Positions 50,909 to 64,000 of a stretch of DNA of 64,000 nucleotides are shown in pieces. Under the pieces are notes generated by a model. It had not been told where the DNA came from and ran no database searches. It saw only the letters and a program-made list of their open reading frames with translations. Made by a program: the position numbers and the translations under genes. The stretch lies in NCBI GenBank assembly GCA_965112155.1, contig OZ218104.1, one strand, 5' to 3'. How positions within the stretch are numbered: position 1 is the first letter of the stretch; each line of letters starts with the position of its first letter. Origin of the DNA: Podarcis liolepis (taxonomy: Eukaryota).

Positions 50909-51149
50909 CAGACAAACCTTGGTTCCCAAACGGCTCTGTTTTGGAACATTTCGGCTCCCAAACACTGAAAACCCAGAAGCAAATGCTCCGGTTTTCGAAC
51001 GGTTTTCGGAAGCCGACTGTCCAACGCAGCTTCCGCTTGAGTGCAGGAAGCTCTTGCAACCAATTGGAAGATGCGCCTCAGTTGTTGAACGTTTCAGAAG
51101 CTGAACGGGCTTCCAGAACAGATTACGTTTGACAACCAAGGTTTGAATG
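50909..51149. mobile_element. Tigger-like MITE (related to 7584-7834)
   Basis: TIRs cagacaaaccttggtt / aaccaaggtttgaatg; internal gcaggaagctcttgcaaccaattggaag. Confidence 0.75.
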
Positions 51150-51714
51150 AATGTTGTTCACAATATAGTTATCCATTAACTTTTACAATTTCCAAATGAT
51201 AGGACTCTAGAAAGTTGCTTTATATTGAGTCAGACCACTGAGCCCTCTACCTTGTTCTGTTTACACTGTCTAGCAGCAGACAGGAACATCCCAAGCAACA
51301 CCTTCAGATGAAAGGAGCTGGGTAGCATGTGAATGTTTTAAGATTTCTATTTAAAACAAATTGGTAAAAGAATTTCAAAACTCTTGTCATTCCATTCAGC
51401 CGCAGCTGCACACAGAAACTCAAACCCCAAATGACACCATCTGCTTCTTTTTCCTTCTCATGACTAATGATCAAAGGATCAAGTATCTTATAGTTGGACA
51501 AGTTTTGTTTTGTTTTCATTGGCACAACTTACTGGGAAACTTCCTGCAAACGATCAAAGAGTAATTATCTTTTCTCTGTTGTGCAATTTTTCTATTTATA
51601 GGGGTATATTTTTCAAAAGTCTGATCTGCACCTAAGTAGTCCTACAGTCCATTCCAACCCCATTATTCTGGTTGGGTCTACACATGTAGCTGAATGAGGT
51701 GGAAGAAAACAGGA

Positions 51715-51869
51715 CAGGGACAGCTCATTTGGTTAGAGCATGGTACTGATAATGCTAAGGTTGCAGGTTTGAACCCTTTATGTGGCAGCTGCATATTCCT
51801 GCATTGCACAGGATTGGACTAGATGATCCTCAGGTTCCCTTCCAACTCTACAGTTCTATGATACTATGA
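51715..51869 (+). mobile_element. tRNA-derived SINE with CR1-type tail
   Basis: A box cagctcatttggttagagc, B box ggtttgaaccc; 3' end ggactagatgatcctcaggttcccttccaactctacagttctatga shared with CR1. Confidence 0.85.
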
Positions 51870-51949
51870 GTTGATGCTGGGCTCCTCTTTCCATGCTAAG
51901 ACACATTATGGGGAGTGAATATGAAGGTATCAAGAACATAATTGGGACC

Positions 51950-52504
51950 TTGTGACAGCAGTCACAAAATTAAAACATGCCTGTTTCTTGGGAGAAAGTG
52001 ATGACAAACATAGACAGCATCTTAAAAAGCAAAGACATAAACTTGCCGACAAAAGTCTGAATAGTTAAAACTATGGTTTTCCCAGTAGTGATGTATGGAA
52101 GTGAGAGCTGGACCATAAAGAAGGCTGATCGCCGAAGAATTGATGCTTTTGAATTATGGTGCTGGAGGAGACTCTTGAGAGTCCCATGGACTGCAAGAAG
52201 ATCAAACCTATCCATTCTGAAGGAAATCAGCCCTGAGTGCTCACTGGAAGGACAAATCCTGAAGCTGAGGCTCCAATACTTTGGCCACCTCATGAGAAGA
52301 GAAGACTCCATGGAAAAGACCCTGATGTTGGGAAAGACTGAGGGCACAAGGAGAAGGGGAAGACAGAGGATGAGATGGTTGGACAGTGTTCTTGAAGCTA
52401 CCAACATGAGTTTGACCAAACTGCAGGAGGCAGCAGTGCCTGGCGAGCTCTGGTCCATGGGGTCATGAAGAGTCGGACACGACTAAACGACTAAACAACA
52501 ACAA
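51950..52504 (+). mobile_element. Bov-B (RTE) LINE, 5'-truncated
   Basis: ORF 52073-52468 MVFPVVMYGSESWTIKKADRRRIDAFELWCWRRLLRVPWTARRSN...; tail gagtcggacacgactaaacgactaaacaacaacaa. Confidence 0.95.
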
Positions 52505-55500
52505 TGTTAGACCAATGTTGGACCCATGGAGTATAATGAGGTTGACTCCCAGTGTACACATTTACAACCATAGTATAGGTTTTATCATCAGATTCCCAGT
52601 TGGAAAATCTTTAGGGAGATTCCCAATTGTTTTAATGTACAATCTTAAATGTTCACTAAATGAGGGGAGCACATACTTCAGCCTTATGAGCCTGAGATCT
52701 ACTTCGTCCTTTTTAGAACCCCATGAGAAACCAACTACAGCCTGGTGTGAAAAGACATCCGTTCTTTGTTTTCACAAGCTGGAAGTGAAAAAAAAAAACT
52801 CCTGCAAATCTCCCAGAGATTTACCAATAGATTCTACAGAATTCAGAATTTAATATAATAAAATACAATATTTGAGAAATAAAAAGCAGTACAATTCTAA
52901 CTAAAAATTACCATGAATAGTTAACATAATGGATGTGTGCTGTCTCCCCCTAGAATAAAATAGTGAAAACTGATTTGCATGCACTTTCAAACAAAAGCAG
53001 TCCTTTTGTTGTGATAAAACTGGAAGTAAATCTGCCACATCAGAAATGTTCATGTTGCTCACAATTATTATTGTTGTTTTGTGTTTTTGTTATTTGAAGG
53101 ACTGGTAGTATGTAGTTTTCTTTTCTGAAGTTCTCTTTAGCTACCTAATTACAGACTTCTGTATTAGTGCTGTCACCGAATGGTTTCACAGTGTGGAGCC
53201 ACATCAGTTCTTTTCTTGATTTTAGCAACTTCAATTATTGCTAATAAAAGCAGATCTTGTTCATGGGCTATAGACTGTGGGAGGCACACAATTAAAACCT
53301 CCAGGGATTCTGCTTTAATTCAAAATGGAGTCCTATGGCATCCAGAAATCTCAGGACTCAACAAAAGACTGAATAGAAAATGTCAACTATTGGGCCAAGA
53401 TCAAATTTGACAGTGTTAATGTCTCCCACAGAGGGGGCATTCAGACTATCTGAGGGCTACTTTTTAAAATTATTTCACAGTCAAATTACTGTGAGATGGA
53501 GTGCCAGAATACAACAATTCAACAATTCCCATTGTATTTTAGCTTAGTGTACAAAAAGTACAAAGGCACAGATAGAACACGGTTTTCTAAGATGTGTGCA
53601 CTAAAAAACACACCATATAGATGAGGATTATTTGAGATCATCATGATACAAAACAAGTACTACATTTCTGGAACACTGGTATAGAATCAATTGACAATGC
53701 AATTGAGAGTATTCTTTCTTCTTCTCCCATTTTCCCAGGTACTATATAAGGGCTGGTCCTTGCCAAGGGCTTCTGGAGGGATGGATCTGTTTGTTTGATG
53801 TAAGAAGCTAAGCTGGGTCCCCTGACTACAGTTGAGATTGTTAGTTCTTCTACTCTCCCCTCCCCAGGTGCTGACTCTTGTCTTCCAGCTCTCAACTGGG
53901 GGTGAGCAGTTGGAGCATAAAATGAAGAGGACACCAATGGAGGCAAGATGTGTAGAGAGAAAGACAAGAGGAAGAACCAAATGGCTCGAATAAGGTAGTA
54001 TGCATCCACCTGGAGTCATGAGAGGCAATTTGTTGGGAGTTTTGATGGAAATTTCCTTATTTTTTCTAGACTTTAGTGGCTATGGTTAGATTGTTTGTTA
54101 GCCTTTGGTTTTGTTTGTGATCTTATTTTGGATATTTTGGATATATTTTATATATCAGTTTATATATTGTGCTTTTATTATTGATATTAATGTTGCTTAT
54201 ATTATACATATACATATACTAACTCTCTCTCTTAATTGTGCTCTGTGTTTTGGAATTATATGGTTTTTGTTTGTTTTAAAGAAAAATGAAAAACACTTTG
54301 GGGTCATTTGTGACCAAAAGCGGTATATAAACACTTTTAAAAAAACAAAAAACCATCCCATCATTTCTTGTTCCTCTGTGAGTTTTCAGAAGTGAAACCT
54401 TTCAGGGTAGGTTTCACATGTATTATGGGTTGCACACATTCATTGTTATTTCTTTATTTCTTATCACATTTATAGCCCAAATTTCCTGTAAGAAGCTCAA
54501 GACCTATCTATTGCTCCTCCCACTGCTAACCACTGGAATGTGTGCCCCAGACAAGGGAATATGGCACCCTGATAAAAAAAAGGTTCCCCTACTCCTAATG
54601 TCAATAATTTCCTTTGAACATTTGAAACATCTTCCTACAGCAGGTGTGAGGAACTGCTTCCCCTGGCAATGGGTCATACTTGCAAGGGGTGATGGGAGCT
54701 GTAGTTCAGCAATATCTGCCAAGTGTTCCCCACTCTTGCCCTACTAGAGCTTCCTATTCAATGCACAAAACTCAGAAACAGAACCAACAGAGATGTGGGC
54801 ATTGGTGTGGGGCTAGGAAGTGTACCTCTGCTTCTCTCTCAACTGTTTTCACAAGGGGAAGAACCACAGGTGAGTGGTAGAGCTCAGACTTTGCAAGCAC
54901 AAGCTACAATGTTCAGTTCCATGTATGTCCAGGTAAGGCCTCGAAAGTCTCTTGCCTGCAAACTTGGAAAGCTACAACTAGTTTCTCTTGATACAGCTGA
55001 GCTAGATGAACCAACAGTCTGACTAGATAGCAGGCCATATGCCTGCTAGATGCAAGGGTATGTACATGCTAGGTGCTGGCAGTGGTCTGGCTTTGGGTGT
55101 AGTAGAGGCCACTGTCCTGTCACCAGCATTGGGGTAAGCTTCAGCTGTCAATACAGCTGGATTCTGTACATGAAATGAAACTCACATTTTGTCCTCTGCT
55201 TCATGAAGCATAACATCTTCTGCTGATCTTAGCCAGATGCCAGCTTAGAAAGAACACTTTATGAGCATTGGTGCTCAAATTTGTTTTCCCCTCCCCCAAA
55301 CCTTTTACTCCAATTTTTCTCTATTGCACCATGTCTATTGAATTTGAAGTCTGTCCTCCACCCCCCCCCCCCACTATAGCACTTCTAAAACTTCAAATGC
55401 TTAACAAAGTATGGGAGGTTCTAAATTAGTGGCCAAAGACTCCTTTCTCACGTTGTGTTTTGATGTGTTAAATGGTAAGTTTGAGATAAAGCTGATTAGT

Positions 55501-55997
55501 TCTTAGCAGAATGGAAATGCCATTTAACGTGAAATGTGATGAATTTACTACACCAGAACACAGACAGAACTAAATTGCGCGTTCATGTCTGTGGATGGGG
55601 ACTTCCCCTTATTTCATTTCTGTTTATTATCATCACTACACAATCTACATGGGGAAAAAATAGCCCCCCCCCCATCCTTCATGTTCCTCTCTATGGCTGT
55701 TTGAGTCCCCACAGAACTGACACAACATGTGATAGAGTTTACAAATAAAAGTACAAGACAGAATCTCCCCAAAGTTATACCCCATTGACCTCCATTCTCT
55801 TCAAAGGATTTAAATCCAGCCCGGGGCTTTTAAAGACATGAATTCTTACTTGTAAATCAGAAAGCCTTATGAAAGCTTAACAAGATTATAAAAAGAAAGT
55901 GAACAACAAAAGGATTCTCCCCACCATCACACACACACACCACAGTTGACTGTGTCCCTGAATGTGTGTGGGTGTATTTTGGATGTATGAGGTGTTA

Positions 55998-56460
55998 GGG
56001 GAGGGGTAGTACCTCTGTTGTGGGGACACATTGTACTCCTTCGGGGGTAGTCTGTCCACTTTTTGTTGCTACCCTGCACTCAGCTCTCATCTGTGGCTCC
56101 TAGAAGCTGTCAGCATGCAACAATGGCCACACCCTAGGAATTGGTTCCAAGTGGCTGGCTATACCAGGTGAAGGTAGCCAATGGGTATCAAACCTTCCAT
56201 GAGTTAGGGACTTCCTCTGCATGTGAAGACAGGCTTTGGCAGATTGGGCAGATGAGGCCAATAGTGGGTTCAACAGTCCAGAAGGTGGTTTCTGCATGTG
56301 CTGTAGAGGAAAGTGAGGGGCAGATGGGCTTGTCAACCTGTGAAGGTAGCCTATCTAGGAGAAGGAAAACTTTGATCCTAAACTCTCTGCTGCCTTTTGA
56401 GATATATTCAGAAGATAAGGCTAAATAGTAAACCCTACACAAATCTGGATTGGAGTCCCA
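55998..56460 (+). mobile_element. Probable RTE-clade 5' UTR fragment
   Basis: Recalled RTE 5'-region motifs (ggcttgtcaacctg...tctaggagaaggaaaact...taaaccc); no ORF support. Confidence 0.4.
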
Positions 56461-57412
56461 GCACTATCGACTTTTTTGTTCCACACACCAAGCATAATAA
56501 CTGGCACAATGGGCAGATATTTCTGCTACGTCTTTTGCCCAACAAATGGAGATATTTTAAAATAAAGAATTTGTTTTCTCTCAAGGGCGCCTCAATTACA
56601 GAAAGAGTGATAGACTTTACAATTTTTTGAGCCTCGTTGAGGTATGTGAGAGTGGGATGCATAGCATGTTGCATATCCAATGAGACTAATAGGAAATTTT
56701 CTCCAAGCACAGGCAAAGAAGTGGAGTAGAACATATGGCACAGCTCATCTGCAAAAGAGATATGAAACTGGGTTGAGAGAATCACTCCAAGCCTATGCTT
56801 ACAACAAGCCACCACATTATGAATCAGGGTGTTAAAACAGAGGAATCTTAAGAAACCTAAGATAAATTTTAAAATAATGCACACTAACAAGTACATTTTA
56901 AGGTTCACACACATTTTATATTCTGTCCTTCATCATAAATGCTTCCAGGGCAGAACACAGCAGTATAACAATAAAACATGATCAAAACTTGTCACATATA
57001 TCCAACACATCTGTTTTTCATATCTTCTGCAAATATTCAAAAGCCAATTCAAAGGTCTGGAGAAAGAGAACCATCTTCAGCTGCTGCCAAAAAAATAGAG
57101 TGTAGGTGCCAAGACCATAAACTCCAGGACGCCAATGCGAAAAACAGGGGTGCACATCTTCCGGGGATGAAATCCCAGTTGAGTCACATGACAAACACGA
57201 GATCACAGCCCTGAAAGATGTGTTATTTTCAGGGCTGTGCTCTCATGTGGTTTGGGGTGCTGCAGAAGATTGCAACCCAAAAAACAGCTTTTGGGGGTGA
57301 GATTGTGGTGCAAAATTGTGGTGCCCAAAAATGTGCAATTTTGAGCTCTGTGCTCTTGCATGAAAAAAAATGGATGTCCCATTTTTAGGACAGTGGAGGT
57401 GTATGCAAAACT

Positions 57413-58843
57413 CTATGGATCCATTCCAGTCCGGCTTCCGCGCTGGTCATGGGACCGAGACGGCTCTGGTTGCCCTAACAGATGATCTTCGTAGACAGCT
57501 GGATTGAGGCAGGTCGGGGCTGCTGATTCTTTTAGATCTGTCAGCAGCTTTCGACATGGTCGATCACGAACTCCTGGACCACCGCCTTGCCGACGTGGGG
57601 ATCCAGGGCACAGTCCTTCAATGGCTGCGCTCGTTTCTCTCTGGTCGGGGACAGAGGGTGGTGCTTGGGCGGGAATTATCATCGCTCCACCTCAGGGTGC
57701 GATACTCTCCCCGATGCTTTTCAACATCTTTATGCGCCCCCTCGTCCAGCTTGTCCGGAGTTTTGGGCTGGATTGCCATCAGTATGCTGATGACACCCAA
57801 CTCTATCTGTTGATGGGTGGCCATCCTGTCTCGGCCCCAGACACACTGACCAGATGTTTGGAAGCTGTGGCTGGATGGTTACGTGGGAGCCGGTTGAAGC
57901 TAAATCCTTCGAAGACAGAGGTCCTGTGGCTGGGACGGGACGATATGGGATGGGGGGGGGCAACTCCCATCTCTTGCGGGGGCGCAATTAGTGCCAGCAC
58001 CATCCGTTAAGAGTTTGGGTGTAATCTTCAACACCTCCCTTTCCATGGAGGCGCAGATTGCAGCTATAACAAAGGCGGCATTTTTCCATCTCTGCCAAGC
58101 TAAGCAGTTGGCTCCTTACCTCTCTCGCCCTGACCTAGCCACTGTGATCCATGCGACGGTCACCTCCAGACTGGATTATTGTAACTCGCTCTACGTGGGG
58201 CTGCCCTTGAGACTGACCCAGAAACTCCAGCGGGTGCAGAATGCTGCAGCGAGACTCCTAACTGGGTCTTCGCTGCGAGATCACATTCACCCGGTGCTAT
58301 ACCAGCTGCACTGGCTCCCGGTGGAGTACAGGATCAGGTTTAAGGTGCTGGTTTTAACCTTTAAAGCCCTATATGGCCTAGGACCCTCATACCTACGGGA
58401 CCGCCTCTCCTGGTATGCCCCACAGAGAAACTTACGGTCTTCAAATAAAAACATCTTGAAGGTCCCAGGCCACAGAGAAGTTAGGCTGGCCTCAACTAGA
58501 GCCAGGGCTTTTTCAGCTGTGGCTCTGATCTGGTGGAACACTCTGTCACAAGAGACTAGGGCCCTGCAGGACTTGACATCTTTCCGCAGGGCCTGCAAGA
58601 CAGAGCTGTTCCACCAGGCCTTTGGTCAGGGCACAGCCTGACTCCCTCCCTCGGCAATCTTCGTGGAGCTCTGGCCCAATGGTTGCCAGTGGCTTGATTT
58701 GAATTAATTTTATAATGAATTAATTTAGAGTGTTGTTTGTGCTGTACTTTTGTACTGTTTTATTGTTGTTAGCCGCCCTGAGCCCGGCTTCGGCTGGGGA
58801 GGGCGGGATATAAATAAAATTTATTATTATTTATTATTATTAT
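57413..58843 (+). mobile_element. L2 LINE, 5'-truncated 1.4-kb copy (RT domain to 3' end), frameshifted
   Basis: DPFQSGFRAGHGTETAL, DLSAAFDMVDH, PQGAILSPMLFNIFM, catalytic QYADDTQL, LKLNPSKTE, SRLDYCNSL, LHWLPV; (TTA)n tail; CpGs retained. Confidence 0.95.
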
Positions 58844-58893
58844 GGTGGAGGATTTTCTATTGTTGAGGTACCATTGATCAGGGAGCCATCTTA

Positions 58894-59204
58894 GGCCCCA
58901 TCTGCACTATACACTTAAAGAAGTATCATATGATTCTAACAGTCATGACTTCCCCCACAGATTCCTGGGAACTGTAGTTTGCTAAGAGTCCTGAGAGTTG
59001 TTAGAAGATCCCTGTATCCCACACAGAGCTACAATTCCCAGAGGAGGGTATGACTGTCAGATCACTTTGAGAACTGTAGCTTTGCAAGGGAAACAGGGCT
59101 CTCATAACAACTCTCAACACTCTTAACAAACTACAATTCCCAGGATTCTATGGGATGGGCTATGGCTGCTTAAAGTACTTTGAATATATAGTGCATACAG
59201 GCCC
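58894..59204. mobile_element. PIF/Harbinger-like palindromic MITE
   Basis: TIRs ggccccatctgcactata / tatagtgcatacaggccc with TTA TSD; partial relatives at about 45450-45625, 62109-62525 and 16300-16460. Confidence 0.8.
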
Positions 59205-60135
59205 TTATTACCTTATATTATAGAATCTTATATTGAGAAGCCCTGAACCTTGGCTTAGCAACAATTGGACCTCCCTGACAACATCAGTTCATGGTATGCT
59301 TAAGGTTGTCTATGGACCAGAGCTAAAATGTCAAACTGGTTTACATGCTTGGACATCACTGGATTCTCTGCACTTGGTGACAGTATGGATTGCTTCAGAT
59401 TGAAACACACTGTAAGTAGTGTGAAGGTTCTTTTGTTAGAACTGAGATGCCTCATTAACACATGCAAGTCATCGCTTGATATTGCCATCATCAAGGGATG
59501 AATATGTATGTGTGAATCAGCCTATGAGTGGGGAATTAATTCTTGCTCCCCTTATTCAAGACCACTACTGTAGCCACTACTCAAACACTTGCATACCCTA
59601 CTTTCTGGGGGCGAGGGGCGGGGAGAGAATATAATACAAATGAGATCTCTCACAGAAGGGCTGTTTAATTAAGAATAACTGGCTAAGCTTTGGTAGCATT
59701 AATTATCTCAAGGTTTTTGCAGCTTGATTACTTTCTGATGGGAAAGAGCTTCTCAGCCAGACCTATTCAAATCAAGATTCTTTTGTTTTGCTTTAGAGAG
59801 CCAAGAAAGATTTCCCGGGGGAGTATACACATAAGCCTCTGAGAAAGCAAAGCAGAGATGCTCAGAGTAAGAGTGACAGCTGGAGACTGAGGTTTTGCAG
59901 CATGAAAAATACTTGATTTTTCTAAAGTGAGTAACTCTGCTGCTATAAGACAAAGGAGCATGTTTCTAAACTGGGGAGGGGGGATGAATTTGGTCTTAAA
60001 GGAAATGGAGCATTTGCTATTAAATTGTGAAATAAAATGGTTACTTCTAATAGGAAATGGTTGACCACACTGCTGTCATTTCTAAGCAAATTGGTGTCAT
60101 GATTGGGCAAGATCCAGTCGTTATTGCACACTCTT

Positions 60136-60250
60136 AAAAAGGTAAAGATAAAGGGACTCCTGACAGTTAAGTCCAGTCACAGATGACTCTGGGGTTGTGG
60201 CGCTCATCTCACTTAACAGGCCAAGGGAGCCGGCGTTTGTCCTCAGACAG
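60136..60250 (-). mobile_element. Sauria SINE 3' fragment
   Basis: ACCTTT-type tail (aaaggtaaag on the + strand) and gactctggggttgtggcgctcatctc...gggagccggcg body. Confidence 0.8.
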
Positions 60251-62253
60251 TAAATTGTAGGAACTCCATGTCCCTTCATGTCCCAGACCACTGCGTTCAT
60301 CTACAGAATTCCTCCTCGTTGTCCTTCATTTATCACTTATTTGTTTAGTATCTACACAAGCTAAGGTTTTGACCATAATTGCACCAATACTTTGGAACAC
60401 TGTTCCTATTGAACTCAGACAAGCACCTACAATTCTGATATTTTGCCACTTGCTGGAAACGTTTCTGTTTCACTGAGCATTTTTAATTTTTAATTTATTT
60501 TATTGTATTCAGATTTTGCCATTTGTAAAGTTTTATAATTTTATGATATTTTAATTTATTTATTTATTTATGTATTTCCATTATGTGTGTGCATGTGTTT
60601 ACCATCAACTGCTTTCTAACATGCTCTGACACAATCATCTCACCTATTCTAAAAAACAAAAAACTATTGTCCATGGAAGGACAGAAAGTGAATGGCTATC
60701 TTTTTCTTAAAAAGCAAAGCCATGAAGCAGAATTATTTCTTTCTAGAATAATTAAACAAACTTATTACTAATAACTCACAGAGACAGAAACATCAGTGGA
60801 AGTGGTAGAGCCTTCCAGTGCTGTGATGGACAGAGTACCAGGCTGTTAGTATTCTCAACTCTGAAGCATCAGATAGAAAAATGCAAACACAAATACAAGT
60901 TTGATAGACTAATACCTATGAGAAATAGCCATTGGGCCATGTTCAAGGTCTTCTTGCTAACATATAAAACTCTGAACAATATGAAACCAGGTTACCCAAA
61001 GGACTCTGTGTAGACCTGTAACATCACCTATGTCATCTGGGAAAAATTTGCTCATGGCAGAATATTGCAGACTGGTGGCCTCAAAATGAGCATTTTCCTC
61101 TATTGCTCCTACATTCTGAAATTCTCTTCCCTGTGCCATATGGGAAACATCATCCAACAGTTGCTGCCAGTGGACTTTGACAGACACTTCTGTGAAACAC
61201 TGGAGAGATGCTACCAGTCAGTATAGACCGGGGTGCAGAATGCGGACCCCTCCAGATGTTGCTGGACAACAACTCCATCATCTCTGACCATTGGCCAAGC
61301 TGGCTGGGGTTGATGGAATCTGGAGTCCGACTACAAACCTAGAGGTTCCTCATCCCTCGTGAAGATATGGCTGAGCTATATGGAACAAACATCTCACTCA
61401 ATATAAAGCAGCTTCCTCTGTCCACCTGAGCAAATGTAAACATCAAATCATGCTGTTCCGGTAATGCAATTGCTGACATCCGTTTAAATGGAAACATGCT
61501 GGTTTTGACCTTTAAAAGTCTTGGACCTACACATATTCAGAGAGTGCTTCTATCTATATTAAACCCCACCTTCCCATCTTACCACCCTGCTTAGGAAGAT
61601 AATACAATCAATCCCTGCTGAGAATTCTGACAGTATTTGAAATCTTCGTCTTAAACCTTCTAGAGAGCTTGGGGAAGGGAAGGGGGAGTTCAGAAACAGT
61701 TCTCCAGGTAGATTGCTATCCCATCCTCTTGCACTGCCTTAAGCATTGCACACTGACTGAGCTACTGGAGCTCTTTAGCTCTGATGGTAAAGGAGGCAAA
61801 ATAATCCATGGGAAGAAGCAGAACCTCAGGAAGAGGAGTGTTATAAAATAGCCTTCCCAATTTTGAGTCAGCCTTGGGAAAGAGGAGTGCATATGACTAT
61901 TTTCTCTATTTGACATGGTATATCATGCAGGAATAGAACATTATGGGCAGAAATGGGGTGTATACATTGTCAAAATGTATTATAGTTCAACAAGAGGCAA
62001 AATATGGATACACTGTTAACTAACACATATGTTGAAGCAGCATACAGAATATGGGTTAAATTATAATTGACCAGTGCAATGCATTCTCACCTAGTTCAAT
62101 GGAATTATGGCCTCATCCACATGATACATTTAAAGCAGTTAGTGTACCACTTTAAACAGACATGGCTTCCCCCCCAAAAAACTGGGAATTGTAATTTGTT
62201 AAGGATGCTGAGAGTTCTTAGGAGACTTTCATTCCCTTCACAGATTTACAATA

Positions 62254-62473
62254 CAGTGATACCTCAGGTTAAGAACTTAATTCGTTCTGGAGGTCTGTTC
62301 TTAACCTGAAGACCACTTTAGCTAATGGGGCCTCCTGCTGCTGCTGCGCCGCTGCTGCTGCACGATTTCTGTTCTCATCCTGAAGCAAAGTTCTTAACCC
62401 AAGGTAATATTTCTGGATTAGCGGAGCCTGAAGCGTATGTAACCTGAAGAATATGTAACCCGAGGTACCGCTG
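62254..62473. mobile_element. Tigger-like MITE nested in a Harbinger-like MITE
   Basis: TIRs cagtgatacctc / gaggtaccgctg with TA duplication; the flanks continue the 58894-type element. Confidence 0.85.
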
Positions 62474-62594
62474 TACACAGAGTGGTTTAACAATCAATCC
62501 CTCTTCCCAGGGAACTCTGGGAAACAAAGCCCACCTTCAGCATAAAAAGCCCTAGAAATGCATTGAATTTTGCAACAGCAGCAACAACAACAAA

Positions 62595-62787
62595 TTAGTG
62601 GCTGGTTTCCCCAGCCACTCTGGGTGGCTTCCAACAAAATATTAAAAATACAATAAAACATCAGACATTAAAAACTTCCCTAAACCAGGCTGCCTTCAGA
62701 TGTCTTCTAAAAATCAGATGGTTGTTTATTTCCTTGACATCTGATGGGAGGGTGTTCCACAGGGTGGGTGCCACAACCAAGAAGGCC
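62595..62787 (-). mobile_element. L2 LINE 3' end (same subfamily as 39721-40206)
   Basis: Reverse complement closely matches 39945-40135. Confidence 0.85.
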
Positions 62788-62906
62788 CAAGGTGTGTTAC
62801 CCTACCCAATGTTAGCAGATTGGTAGTAAAACACATCATCATTTCTTCATAGACAAATTGTCAAATGCCTTTCTGAAGGATTGACATGTTGACAATTTCC
62901 CTTCTG

Positions 62907-63053
62907 AGGGACAACTCAGTTAGTAGAGCATGAAACTCTCAGTGTCCTGGGTGCGAGCCCCACTTGGGTGAAAATTCCTGCATTGTAGGGAGTTGGACTA
63001 GATGATCCTTGTAGTCCCTTCCAACTCTACAATTCTATGATTCTATGATTCTA
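62907..63053 (+). mobile_element. tRNA-derived SINE with CR1-type tail
   Basis: caactcagttagtagagc...gggtgcgagccc; ends gtcccttccaactctacaattctatgattctatgattct. Confidence 0.85.
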
Positions 63054-64000
63054 AGAAAGTGTCTGTAGGTTGGCAGAAACCGTATAATGTTTTTGGGGCC
63101 ATTTTTCTAACCAGGGACAGCTTTCCCCACATAACAATGCGCCAAAATAATGTTAATATTTGTTTTGCATTGTAGTATCCCCGCCCCCCCATAGCTGCTT
63201 TGATTTCTTTTTCAGACTCTGGATGAAGGCTAAAAAATGTTTTGTTTATTATTTTTCTTCCCTTCTTTTGCAGGCTTTTGCATGGATTTGCTAATTCAAA
63301 ATAGTTGTTTGCCTGTAAACTGTAAAATTGTATGCACTTGACTGCATTCTGGAGGCTGATCTGATATATTAACAATAAAGATTGATTGAGTGAACAAAGA
63401 GTTTACCATTTTGTTTGTATACATGTGTGGATGCATATGTGTGTATGGATGAATAAATATGCCTAGGGTAGATTTAATGGTTTCATAACGTTAACATTAT
63501 GTTGCTGATTTTTATATGTACACATTATGCCTGTGTGTGTTTAAATGGAATTATATTCTGTTCTGTTGGCAATAAACAAAAACAGAGGCCCTACATGAGT
63601 TTAGGGAAAACCTTACCCAGGTCCCATATGCCACTCCCACCCCCCTTCACTATGCTGATTCTGCTCAATGTCATTTCTGCCCAGAGTCATGACAAAATTC
63701 TTGCTATCACCTAACATAATGAAGCATTTCACTGAGGGAAAGGCAACTTGTCCCACAATTGAGGTTGGGAGGGAAAAAATCATTTCCATCATTGGATGGC
63801 TTTAAAATAATAATATAAAAATGCATGGACGGTAATGCGATCAGCTATCAATAGCAGCAACATACAGGATGTGCATTGCAAACAGGACAGAAACTAAAGA
63901 GTTACAGCAAAAAAGAAAAGACGAAAAGGGGGGGGGGGAGAGAGATAGCTAGTTTGGATGTTTGGTCATCCAGAGCACACATGCACAGAAAATAGAAATT

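Noticed and set aside
51715-51790. tRNA gene (also tRNA-like heads at 4925, 9210, 48095 and 62907)
   Set aside because: Degenerate stems run directly into SINE bodies or CR1 tails, with no oligo-T terminator.
57504-58641. Longest ORFs (168 and 216 aa) as a host gene
   Set aside because: The motifs are L2 reverse transcriptase, and the copy is frameshifted and 5'-truncated.

Overview
A 64-kb eukaryotic, CpG-depleted, repeat-rich window with no recognisable host protein-coding gene. It is most likely a large intron or intergenic region of a squamate reptile. The mix of Bov-B/RTE, CR1, L2, L1 and Penelope fragments, Sauria and Squam3-like SINEs, and hAT, Tc/mariner and Harbinger MITEs resembles a lacertid lizard (inference from recalled repeat sequences, not a database search). 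Every ORF in the track that I can recognise is a retrotransposon remnant; the rest appear spurious. There are three N-gaps (138, 140 and 285 nt). The most notable observations are: (1) a hAT-type non-autonomous element with an 8-bp TSD carrying about 420 bp of GC-rich, codon-like cargo (possible captured gene fragment); (2) a 680-bp CpG-rich, L1-5'UTR-like insert with an 11-bp direct repeat but no tail; (3) decayed palindromes in unique sequence; (4) a Bov-B insertion with an inverted copy of its target site at the 5' junction; (5) two solo LTRs; and (6) a candidate non-coding exon. Family names come from motif recognition only. Boundaries are approximate unless a TSD or TIR is cited.
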